Source: a virus (Duplodnaviria; Caudoviricetes). Taken from it: a DNA stretch of 36,973 nucleotides. Position 1 is the first letter of the stretch. Each line of letters begins with the position of its first letter. Of this stretch, positions 19,501 to 26,521 are shown piece by piece. The stretch covers positions 1 to 36,973 of IMG/VR virus record IMGVR_UViG_3300037424_002137, one strand, 5' to 3'. Made by a program: the position numbers and the translations under genes. The notes beneath the pieces were generated by a model. It had not been told where the DNA came from, ran no database searches, and was given only the letters and a program-made list of their open reading frames with translations.

Positions 19501-20282
19501 CCTCACAGGCTGGTGGGATACAGATTAGAGGTGGAGGCGATATTACTTTAACCGGAAGTGATACAGATCCGGGGAGAATTAATTTTGCCGGGACCTCATA
19601 TTCCGTGCAAATGGGTGGGGATGCTGATGGAAACAGGTTTTCTTTTAATCCATCTGCTGATAATCAGGTGGTATTTGAAATCGGCGACAGCTCCTGGTGG
19701 GGGACTCCATACAAATTTCGGGGAGTAAATATAACCGCCAAAGAGACGCATATAGTAAAAACAGGTGATTATGCTTACCTTACGACCGATGTCGCGTCGG
19801 TAACGGTTGACGCGTATGGCAACTTTGATAATACAGCCGCCGTCGTTATCGGGGCATACGACATCACTACGGAAACAGACTCCCAGTATGTTTTTGAGTA
19901 CGATCATTTCGGGCCACGGCTGCACAATGCAACAAAAGATCTTGGTAGCGATGTATATCCATGGAGAAGTCTTTTCCTTGGTGAGGGCAGCCTATGCCAC
20001 CAGGGCTACAAAAACGATTCCTTTGCCGACGATGCTACTTATGCCCTGCCGGAGGGTATGACCGGTGTTGTGACCGTTTTTGCCGTTACCACCGTCGGGA
20101 ATCCGTACGGGGGCACTTTTTTAGTGAGGGATACAGGGGCTGTCGTGCTGCTGGCTGGTTACGGAAGCCCGACAACGACCGACACAGACGGATATCTGTG
20201 TTGCTACGACGGCGGGGCCGGGGCCATCGTAGCAAACAGGCTTAACTACGCTGTCAAAATACGAATTTCATGGTGTTCATAA
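16524..20282 (+). CDS. Tail tip/hub-central fibre protein with inserted domains
   Basis: 1252 aa; VPVVYG, ITNPAD, LEPGDII; C-terminal GAVAGWTI-type beta-rich region. Confidence 0.7.
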   Translation: MSLATILATISKKVYWLFEVDLNNDGTVDYYWSTGAKTYGGHDYTYRIISFSPISLQMATPEVGMLPEVKTTILASMKDASIDGYYASDFEGAKVTVRLVVSDGSEEAEAGAWSFRCSVATSVDQKLMLQCHDWLSYYLEGDYPNTALVSSLFPATVMKNDNICVPVVYGVAYFPLRWIYPYWTATFVDVDTFTVTGDQTATFSAGQYVICECGVDGNITGKVLSSSYSSVTTINMTGASGNLTANLTKVRIDHYLLGPTGVTYTISSSRSPVEAGFLSEYSSANYTFKQATVTGSDGTSYRAVQLLCNDADVDGTNDANGFWGIPGKEIYDVPFYFSRSDTASITNPADVYSAILQDMGVPAGMINTTEITAAAAIYLARGTFLNLGIWYQMSRKKLVCKLLAMIGAVPTIGETIGLKVLTPVSQATVNEDEVAPGSFQIQKIYTKLLKDSGYVTWQNQGEPLDQPNKGIVPVKSSTNNKSDTVIEAEWIDDAWINASQAAQKYAKLALQRSLLRDKTISFKSFAILVTLEPGDIISIEAANEGAEGNYDLLTDGNLDIWTSATNLTHWAETIGGTSTVNRDTDKYIGTYAARLYVDPSSTLVAIQQSYAFEADQEYEVIVVAKVDVAAAGRGFTVLTDAVTIQNQLCTASYTVYAYTFTATTDTFIQIKRSVSGGNTYSLYLGQVIVRKTGTNAYDALITKMTIHEGLWVDVECDGFSDILDAYDDLSASAIVPADPDTSRAYSPVNQGPSDAVDQAGTRANEITQTVLITDGQLQTNDDPATNGGFVATNQYLRCYNDEGGLRFEVIYDGTTADGDVTIGNYAGGQGAKWDQSSGIFEVQGQIQATSGAVAGWTIDADEIKKIASNAGISLNSATPGISITDANGYIRVFMGKNGSDYGIYIKNELNQTIVQLDDNVKTISGWTAGMTALAVSTNIILDASNKKISINSATFGTAGIQLEYNAGSPQIYAGNGSSDYMKYTTAGGIEVSTSQAGGIQIRGGGDITLTGSDTDPGRINFAGTSYSVQMGGDADGNRFSFNPSADNQVVFEIGDSSWWGTPYKFRGVNITAKETHIVKTGDYAYLTTDVASVTVDAYGNFDNTAAVVIGAYDITTETDSQYVFEYDHFGPRLHNATKDLGSDVYPWRSLFLGEGSLCHQGYKNDSFADDATYALPEGMTGVVTVFAVTTVGNPYGGTFLVRDTGAVVLLAGYGSPTTTDTDGYLCCYDGGAGAIVANRLNYAVKIRISWCS

Positions 20283-20307
20283 ACTTTAAAAAAATGAAAG
20301 TAAAAAA

Positions 20308-20490
20308 ATGACAAAAGATCAAAAAGAGGGACTTTTCCTTTTCCTGCAAAAATTTTGTTCGGACAATGCAGGAAATCGCCTGAATGAGTGGCTTATAGAA
20401 TCATTTCTGAATAGAGCCTATATAAGGCTTGAGGATATCTACAGGGAAAATAACAGTGCTTCCCAGGAGGGCGAAAAATGCCAACGGTAG
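20308..20490 (+). CDS. Small hypothetical protein
   Basis: 60-aa ORF filling the gap within the tail operon. Confidence 0.45.
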   Translation: MTKDQKEGLFLFLQKFCSDNAGNRLNEWLIESFLNRAYIRLEDIYRENNSASQEGEKCQR

Positions 20491-20936
20491 CGACGCGTGT
20501 AATTAATGTAGAATCGGGGGCCTCTGTTGATGTCGGGCCAGTTACTGCTACCGCGGTAACAAATCCTGCATCTAGCGCCAGCATAATTGCTCTGCTCAAA
20601 GGACTGCTTACGCAACTCCAGGGAGCGGGCAGTGGGTCTTCCCCTTTCCAAATTATTGGATATAGTGCTATTTATCAACAAAATGTAACTGTAACAGTAG
20701 CAGGAACACCGGTACAGATGGCATCACAGGCTTGTCATTATGTATTCGTTTTCCCATATGACACGAATACGGATACAATTTATATTGGAACATCGCTGGT
20801 GGATGCATTATCCACGCCGGCATTAGGCGCTCCGTTGGAAGTTGGCGGATGTCTGCCGCTTCCAGTTAATAATGCTAATCTATTGTATGTAGACGCTAAA
20901 GTTAGCGGGGAGGGTTGCCATGTTCTTGCCTTCTAG
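20478..20936 (+). CDS. Hypothetical virion/tail-associated protein
   Basis: Strong AGGAGG RBS; SIIALLKGLL and NTDTIYIG; beta-rich C-terminal half. Confidence 0.65.
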   Translation: MPTVATRVINVESGASVDVGPVTATAVTNPASSASIIALLKGLLTQLQGAGSGSSPFQIIGYSAIYQQNVTVTVAGTPVQMASQACHYVFVFPYDTNTDTIYIGTSLVDALSTPALGAPLEVGGCLPLPVNNANLLYVDAKVSGEGCHVLAF

Positions 20937-23900
20937 TTCCAGAACAGTCGTTCCGAAATTAAATATCAGGGGCAGGCAGAGTGCCCTAACTCTCAATCGC
21001 ACTTTTGCTGTTGATCAGTGGGAATTAACCGCTGCCCCGGTTAGTTTTGGTAATTTAGCAAATGATTATATTTGCCAATTTGCTGAATTTAATAGATATC
21101 TTTATGCCGGGGTGGGACGGTACGACTCGGGTGCAGGCGGAGGAGAAATCTGGCGATCATTGGATGGTGATTCTTGGACAAACGTAATGACTGGAGGCTT
21201 TGGCTATGCCACTAATCGTTATGTGAAAACAATGGTTGAATTCAACGGATATCTTTACGCTGGCTCTGGCATGACACGGGCCGAGATATGGCGATCGCAA
21301 AATGGTACGACATGGACATCTGTAACTACAACGGGATTTGGTGATGCAAATAATGTTCTCACGCTAGATTTTTGTAAATTTCGTGGTTATTTATATGTTG
21401 TAATGGCAAATGCAGTGTCGGGAATGCAGGTATTTCGATCTCTCGACGGAACTAATTTTGAGGCTGTAATTACAGACGGATTCGGAGATGCAACTAATGT
21501 CGGAAGCGTCTCCTCTCAAAAAATAATAATCTCTTTTAACGATTATCTTTACGTTGGGACGGCAAAGGGATCTGGTGGATGTGAGATTTGGCGATCTCTC
21601 AACGGAACTAGTTTTACGTCTGTAATTACGGACGGATTTGGGGATATTTTAAATCAGAGAGTTGTGGGATTTGCGAAATATCGTAACTATTTATATGCTG
21701 CTGTTATGTATAATGGTGCGAGTACTACGGGGACAGGGACAGAGGTATGGCGCACTCAAACCGGATCTCAACAGTCAGATTGGGCTCAAGTTAATGATGA
21801 TGGATTTGGACTGCACCCAACATATAATGTATATCCAACAGGCCCATGGGTGTGTGGAGATTATTTGTATGTACTTAATCGAGTATATTTAGTAGATTTA
21901 TGCACTGCTTATCGGACCCAAGTTGGTGCACAGATGTCCGATTGGAGTATTGCCAATGTGCCCGGCTTTGGACTGGACGGAGAAGTTAATGCAGATGTTC
22001 GGGCGATGATTGATTTTAAGGGACATACATATATGTGCGCATGTACGACTGGGCCAGATGCAAATGGGTTCCGAATTTATCGACTTCACAGTGGAGTGGC
22101 GTCTATAACTGGATCGATATCCGCGACGGGATTATATTTACCGTCTATAAAAATAGCTGATGAAAATATAAGTGTGCCTGAGATTATTTCTCAACATATT
22201 TCAGCACAGTCAATAGGTACTTCAGGGATTATGTCTGCCGGAACTATGATACTTGCACCAGCACCAGTCCAGGCAATTACGGCAGTGAGTGACACAGTTA
22301 CAGCAGCAGGCTCGCTGCTTACACTCAATCCTGACGCTAATTATACGCTGACATCCACTCCGACCATCCCAGATGGAGCCACAGGACAGATCTTGTTAAT
22401 CCAGGTTGCAAACGGAGAGGCCAATACTATTACGTTGCAGGACCAAAGCGTATTGCCATTGAGCAATCTAAGGCTACAGTCAAATACTCGAATAATTTCA
22501 GCAGTGAATCCATTAAGATTATACTTTGATGGATCAGACTGGGTTGAAGAAACAGAAGCTATACAAATTTCGAAAACAGTTAATCAAGAAACTGTGGCGA
22601 CTGTCTCTGGGGAACAAATTGGAGTAACAATACAAGCTGATGAGACGTCAACTGGGGTTGATGAAGCGTATGGAAGTATTTGGGAAGCCATAAAAATTAC
22701 TGCAACGACTAGTGCAAATATTGGCTCTTTTGCTGTTAAAATAAAGGCTAGTGCTTCCCTGTCAAATCCAACAGCGTATATTTCCGGATTTTTGTATTCA
22801 AATGTAACTGGGTTGCCAGGAACGTTGATAGGTGGGACTACAACAATAGATTATTCAGCATTAACAACCTCATTTGTCGAGCAGATATTTAATGTTTCTA
22901 CATCGATTGTCAGCGGAACAGTTTATTGGTTAGTATTAAAACAAAGTGCCGCTCCGACGGGGGGTACAATATCATTAGATAGTGGACTAGTTGGCACGGG
23001 GGTACATGCCTATTCGACAGATGGAGTAACTTGGATAGCCGAAGACAATAAAAAATGTTGGAATAAAATCTATGGGCGATGTGGCTACGGGGTACGCGGA
23101 TCTTCGACTTCGAGTTACGGGGTATACGGGTCTTCGACTTCGAGCTACGGGGTACGCGGATCTTCGACTTCGAGTTACGGGGTATACGGGTCTTCGACTT
23201 CGAGCTATGGGGTATACGGATTTTCGACTTCGAGTTACGGGGTACACGGGTCTTCGACTTCGAGTTACGGGGTATACGGGTCTTCGACTTCGAGCTACGG
23301 GGTACGCGGATTTTCGACTTCGAGCTATGGGGTATACGGATCTTCGACTTCGAGTTGGGGGGTATACGGATTTTCGACTTCGAGCTATGGGGTATACGGA
23401 TCTTCGACTTCGAGTTACGGGGTATACGGGTCTTCGACTTCGAGCTACGGGGTACGCGGATCTTCGACTTCGGGGATAGGTGCATATATAACCATTAACC
23501 CCCCTTCTCTAGATACAATAGCAGAGGTACTCCGTATACACAGACAAACATCAGATATTGCCGCAGTAGGCATTGGGGGCAGTATTGATTTTCATATCGA
23601 GGGCGGGAGTGGTGGAGATATTGCAGCATCCAGAATCGGTAGCGTTCTGACTGCCGTAGATGCAGGAATAGAGACCTCCGACATTAATTTTTATACAAAA
23701 TTGGCGGGAGGGGCAGTAGCCGAAGTCGCCAGAATTACTGGGGCAGGACAATTATCTCTCAATAACCCGACCCCCAACGCATCGGCAATTATTTCCGCTG
23801 TATCGACGACAATGGGGCTGCTACCGCCTGTAATGACATCTACACAACGAGCAGCAATAATGACTCCTGCCGAGGGTTTGATTGTGTATGATGTTACACT

Positions 23901-23958
23901 ACATAAGTTAACGGTATTTACAACTGTTTGGGAAGCAATAACTAGTGTTCCTATATAA
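20920..23958 (+). CDS. Tail fibre/receptor-binding protein: beta-propeller-like repeats plus GVYG repeats
   Basis: About six repeats like FNxYLYxG...EIWRSxxGxxW...GFGDxxN; 13 decapeptide repeats; C-terminal GLLPPVMTSTQRAAI..PAEGLIVYD. Confidence 0.72.
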   Translation: MFLPSSSRTVVPKLNIRGRQSALTLNRTFAVDQWELTAAPVSFGNLANDYICQFAEFNRYLYAGVGRYDSGAGGGEIWRSLDGDSWTNVMTGGFGYATNRYVKTMVEFNGYLYAGSGMTRAEIWRSQNGTTWTSVTTTGFGDANNVLTLDFCKFRGYLYVVMANAVSGMQVFRSLDGTNFEAVITDGFGDATNVGSVSSQKIIISFNDYLYVGTAKGSGGCEIWRSLNGTSFTSVITDGFGDILNQRVVGFAKYRNYLYAAVMYNGASTTGTGTEVWRTQTGSQQSDWAQVNDDGFGLHPTYNVYPTGPWVCGDYLYVLNRVYLVDLCTAYRTQVGAQMSDWSIANVPGFGLDGEVNADVRAMIDFKGHTYMCACTTGPDANGFRIYRLHSGVASITGSISATGLYLPSIKIADENISVPEIISQHISAQSIGTSGIMSAGTMILAPAPVQAITAVSDTVTAAGSLLTLNPDANYTLTSTPTIPDGATGQILLIQVANGEANTITLQDQSVLPLSNLRLQSNTRIISAVNPLRLYFDGSDWVEETEAIQISKTVNQETVATVSGEQIGVTIQADETSTGVDEAYGSIWEAIKITATTSANIGSFAVKIKASASLSNPTAYISGFLYSNVTGLPGTLIGGTTTIDYSALTTSFVEQIFNVSTSIVSGTVYWLVLKQSAAPTGGTISLDSGLVGTGVHAYSTDGVTWIAEDNKKCWNKIYGRCGYGVRGSSTSSYGVYGSSTSSYGVRGSSTSSYGVYGSSTSSYGVYGFSTSSYGVHGSSTSSYGVYGSSTSSYGVRGFSTSSYGVYGSSTSSWGVYGFSTSSYGVYGSSTSSYGVYGSSTSSYGVRGSSTSGIGAYITINPPSLDTIAEVLRIHRQTSDIAAVGIGGSIDFHIEGGSGGDIAASRIGSVLTAVDAGIETSDINFYTKLAGGAVAEVARITGAGQLSLNNPTPNASAIISAVSTTMGLLPPVMTSTQRAAIMTPAEGLIVYDVTLHKLTVFTTVWEAITSVPI
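23086..23472 (+). repeat. 30-bp tandem repeat, about 13 units, encoding YGV(Y/R/H)G(S/F)STSS
   Basis: Unit TACGGGGTA(T/C)(A/G)CGG(A/G)T(C/T)TTCGACTTCGAG(T/C), nearly identical at the DNA level. Confidence 0.97.
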
Positions 23959-23968
23959 GGAGAAAAAA

Positions 23969-24202
23969 ATGATAGACCCCAGAAAATATGCTGCTTCGAA
24001 AATATTTGGATTAATGACTGTAACAAAAATAGACGAGGCAAAATTTATTTTTGTTGCAAAAAGATTTTCTGAAGAGACAGGTGCCGCTATCGATGATGAA
24101 AGATGCGAAATCACGATAGAACAAGTAAATAAAGAAATTGCTGATTTAAGGGAAGCAATTGAATGCCGGGAGTTAATTTTGTCTGATTTGGAAAAACAAT
24201 AA
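23969..24202 (+). CDS. Hypothetical protein with C-terminal coiled coil
   Basis: AAGGAG RBS, ATG at 23969; follows the fibre gene. Confidence 0.65.
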   Translation: MIDPRKYAASKIFGLMTVTKIDEAKFIFVAKRFSEETGAAIDDERCEITIEQVNKEIADLREAIECRELILSDLEKQ

Positions 24203-24226
24203 TAAATATAACAATAGGGGGGGTGA

Positions 24227-24418
24227 ATGAACATAACCAAAAAAACATTTGAGGGCCTTAGTACTGGCCGAAAACTCGATGCTATATACGACAGCCTTGA
24301 GGATCTGCACGCGAAAATAAAGCGAAGGGGAAAAATCGATACAGGGCTTACCGCCGCGACCGGGTTCCTCGGCGGAGTATGCGCGGTCGCGGCGAAATGG
24401 ATGTTTATAAAAGGCTGA
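24227..24418 (+). CDS. Small membrane protein, holin/XhlA-like candidate
   Basis: 63 aa with a coiled segment and a C-terminal hydrophobic helix (GLTAATGFLGGVCAVAAKWMF); last gene of the late operon. Confidence 0.5.
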   Translation: MNITKKTFEGLSTGRKLDAIYDSLEDLHAKIKRRGKIDTGLTAATGFLGGVCAVAAKWMFIKG

Positions 24419-25369
24419 CTATTTGAGTTTTCCGTCGAGCATCTCCTTCGAGATGCCGGAAATTTCTTCAAAAATAGCGTAGTCAAAATTCGGCAAAAGA
24501 AGGGTTAGCGCTACATCTTCTTTTGTCGCCAATGAAAATGACTTCATCCATGCATCATGATATGTATACTTTTTAAGGCACCCGTCTGTAGTCTTACGCG
24601 TAGGATGTTCTGCTTTTTCCGCATCTGTCATGCTGTTGAGATCGATCCACTTCGTCATTTGTAACGTAAAATATTTAGGAAAATTGATATTTTTAAGCTC
24701 AATTTCAGCAGGTTTGTTAAACATCATCAGCGGAGGTGTTATTGTGTTAAGAAATCCGCTGTTCCAGTTTCCGCTGTTCCAGTTTCCGCTGTTCCAGTTT
24801 CCGCTGTTCCAGTTTCCGCTGTTCCAGTCTCCGCTGTTCCAGTTTCCGCTGTTCCAGTCTCCGCTGTTCCTGTTTCCGCTGTTCCAGTTTCCGCTGTTCC
24901 AGTCTCCGCTGTTCCCGGCTCCGCTGTTCCTGTTTCCGCTGTTCCTGTTTCCGCTGTTCCAGTCTCCGCTGTTCCAGTTTCCGCTGTTCCTGTTTCCGCT
25001 GTTCCAGTCTCCGCTGTTCCAGTTTCCGCTGTTCCCGGCTCCGCTGTTCCAGTCTCCGCTGTTCCTGTTATATATTTTTTGACAATATATGGTTCCGTTT
25101 TTAGCCAGATACTTTTCTACATCATTCTTGACCTGGCTTGAATCGTTTATGGTTACCAGATTATCAATTTTAAGTATTTTCGACTCGCAATCGTACCACC
25201 ACTTATTCCATGCGTCCTCATCAACCTCGTTGTAGTGTGCTATCGACGTGTGGCTATTCCAGTCATATGTCTCTTTATTCCCCTCTTTTTCAAGTTTTTT
25301 AATTTGTTCCAGGGTAAAGAACAGCACTTTACCACGGCCATCACTGATTGCACTAAAAAAATCACACAT
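24419..25369 (-). CDS. NSGxx pentapeptide-repeat phage protein
   Basis: MCDFFSAI N-terminus; 21 NSG units; C-terminal MFNKP...TDAEKAEHP...TTDGCLKKY...LPNFDYAIFEEISGI. Confidence 0.85.
   Translation of the reverse strand: MCDFFSAISDGRGKVLFFTLEQIKKLEKEGNKETYDWNSHTSIAHYNEVDEDAWNKWWYDCESKILKIDNLVTINDSSQVKNDVEKYLAKNGTIYCQKIYNRNSGDWNSGAGNSGNWNSGDWNSGNRNSGNWNSGDWNSGNRNSGNRNSGAGNSGDWNSGNWNSGNRNSGDWNSGNWNSGDWNSGNWNSGNWNSGNWNSGNWNSGFLNTITPPLMMFNKPAEIELKNINFPKYFTLQMTKWIDLNSMTDAEKAEHPTRKTTDGCLKKYTYHDAWMKSFSLATKEDVALTLLLPNFDYAIFEEISGISKEMLDGKLK
24755..25069 (-). repeat. 15-bp tandem repeat, about 21 units
   Basis: AACAGCGGA followed by one of AACTGG, GACTGG, AACAGG or GCCGGG. Confidence 0.97.
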
Positions 25370-25408
25370 TTTAAGCTCCCTTCATGCCAGATTGCCAGAT
25401 TGCCACGC

Positions 25409-25488
25409 CTCTACTGAGCGCCAGGGAGTCTACGCTTGCGCTCAGTAGAGTCAAGCGTAGTGCGCTCCGACATGGCGCGCATGGCCAT
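25409..25488 (-). ncRNA. Candidate structured RNA: two tandem H-type pseudoknots
   Basis: Interleaved perfect complements: 25409-25420/25439-25450 with 25430-25438/25452-25460, and 25461-25465/25477-25481 with 25472-25476/25484-25488. Confidence 0.5.
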
Positions 25489-25497
25489 AATGATAAT

Positions 25498-25710
25498 TTA
25501 TCCCTGCCGATTTCCGGTCAGCTCATCGATGTAATCAATAGCAGAGGTATAATTTTCTTTAATTATATGATACTTAATTATAATTAAAGATTTTTTTAGC
25601 TTTCCGACTTCGCGCCGTAACATCATGCATTTGTCGACGAAAAAACAGGCAGCAAGCAAAAAACCTATCCCGGCCATGCTTACGACGAAAAACTCGAAAT
25701 CCATAATCAT
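25498..25710 (-). CDS. Small membrane-anchored hypothetical protein
   Basis: AAAGGAGA RBS; hydrophobic N-terminus ending in LLAAC. Confidence 0.6.
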   Translation of the reverse strand: MIMDFEFFVVSMAGIGFLLAACFFVDKCMMLRREVGKLKKSLIIIKYHIIKENYTSAIDYIDELTGNRQG

Positions 25711-25789
25711 TTCTCCTTTGCAATGTGCCGTAATATCTTATAATAGTAGTACCAATAAGGCACCCAAGAAAAAAGCTAAGAACCCTCAT
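25574..25789 (-). CDS. Small hypothetical protein with a hydrophobic N-terminus
   Basis: AGGAGGTGAAG before ATG 25789; overlaps the next ORF by 137 nt. Confidence 0.4.
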   Translation of the reverse strand: MRVLSFFLGCLIGTTIIRYYGTLQRRNDYGFRVFRRKHGRDRFFACCLFFRRQMHDVTARSRKAKKIFNYN

Positions 25790-26018
25790 CTTCACCTCCT
25801 GATGGGCAATCGCCCCCCGGGGTAGGGGAAAGACAGAATTGGTGCTCGTCACATCCGTCACACTTTATCCAGTAGCCAGGAGTGCAGCCAAGCCAGTAGT
25901 TATTATCAATCCCGCAATCTTTCCCGATATCGGTCCGGGCACAGGCGCAACATTCAGACATTAACCCATCAAAACCGTTCTTCTCTAGGTACTCTGCCAC
26001 TATTTCGCGTATCGTCAT
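25776..26018 (-). CDS. Cys-rich phage hypothetical protein
   Basis: GGGAGG RBS; MTIREIVAEYLEKNGFDGL..ECCAC...CTPGY..CDGC. Confidence 0.7.
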   Translation of the reverse strand: MTIREIVAEYLEKNGFDGLMSECCACARTDIGKDCGIDNNYWLGCTPGYWIKCDGCDEHQFCLSPTPGGDCPSGGEDEGS

Positions 26019-26113
26019 ATTGCATCGCCTCCCTCTAGGTAGCTGGCCCCTACTGGCTGAAACAGTAGGGGCCACAATTGGTTATGCCCCGGTTATGGTT
26101 GCCGGTACCCACA

Positions 26114-26521
26114 TCACATTTTTCCCGTTTCCAGGCGGATATACGCCTGTATTTTGCCTATCATCACTCCAATCAGTTCAGCTATTCTTATTCCCCCCTC
26201 TGTTGAAACGGGGGGGGGAATAAGTTTCCCAAGATTTTTTGCAAATTCCAGGAGCATTTTTTTATCTGACTCCGGCCTGACTCGTGTTTCCTCCTCGTCT
26301 AGGCGGAGGCGCTTGTCCAGGAGACCCTGGATAACATCCAGGGTCTCCTCCTTCGCGTCTTTTGCCCTCTCGGACAAGTTGAAGTACTCGTGGCTGGATA
26401 TATCCAGCCACTCAACCTGAAAAAGGCGCTCCTGCAAACAAATTGCGTCCATCGGCTCTACGGGCACCATGCGCCTTATCTGCCGTATTTTTTCCAAAAT
26501 AATTTCTTGATCATCGACCAT
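26114..26521 (-). CDS. Hypothetical helical protein
   Basis: Start ATG 26521 overlaps the end of the upstream gene; RPESDKKMLL motif. Confidence 0.6.
   Translation of the reverse strand: MVDDQEIILEKIRQIRRMVPVEPMDAICLQERLFQVEWLDISSHEYFNLSERAKDAKEETLDVIQGLLDKRLRLDEEETRVRPESDKKMLLEFAKNLGKLIPPPVSTEGGIRIAELIGVMIGKIQAYIRLETGKM

Noticed and set aside
23086-23472. 30-bp repeats as a CRISPR array
   Set aside because: The units are contiguous with no unique spacers and are in frame within a coding gene.
22910-23498. Several ORFs in other frames and on the opposite strand across the 30-bp repeat
   Set aside because: They are shadows of a stop-free repeat unit whose length is a multiple of 3, and they end shortly outside the repeat.
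24630-25082. Antisense FPLFQ-repeat ORF, or AAC-rich repeats as a diversity-generating retroelement template
   Set aside because: It is the shadow of the NSG gene. There is no reverse transcriptase and no separate template/variable pair with adenine-specific differences.
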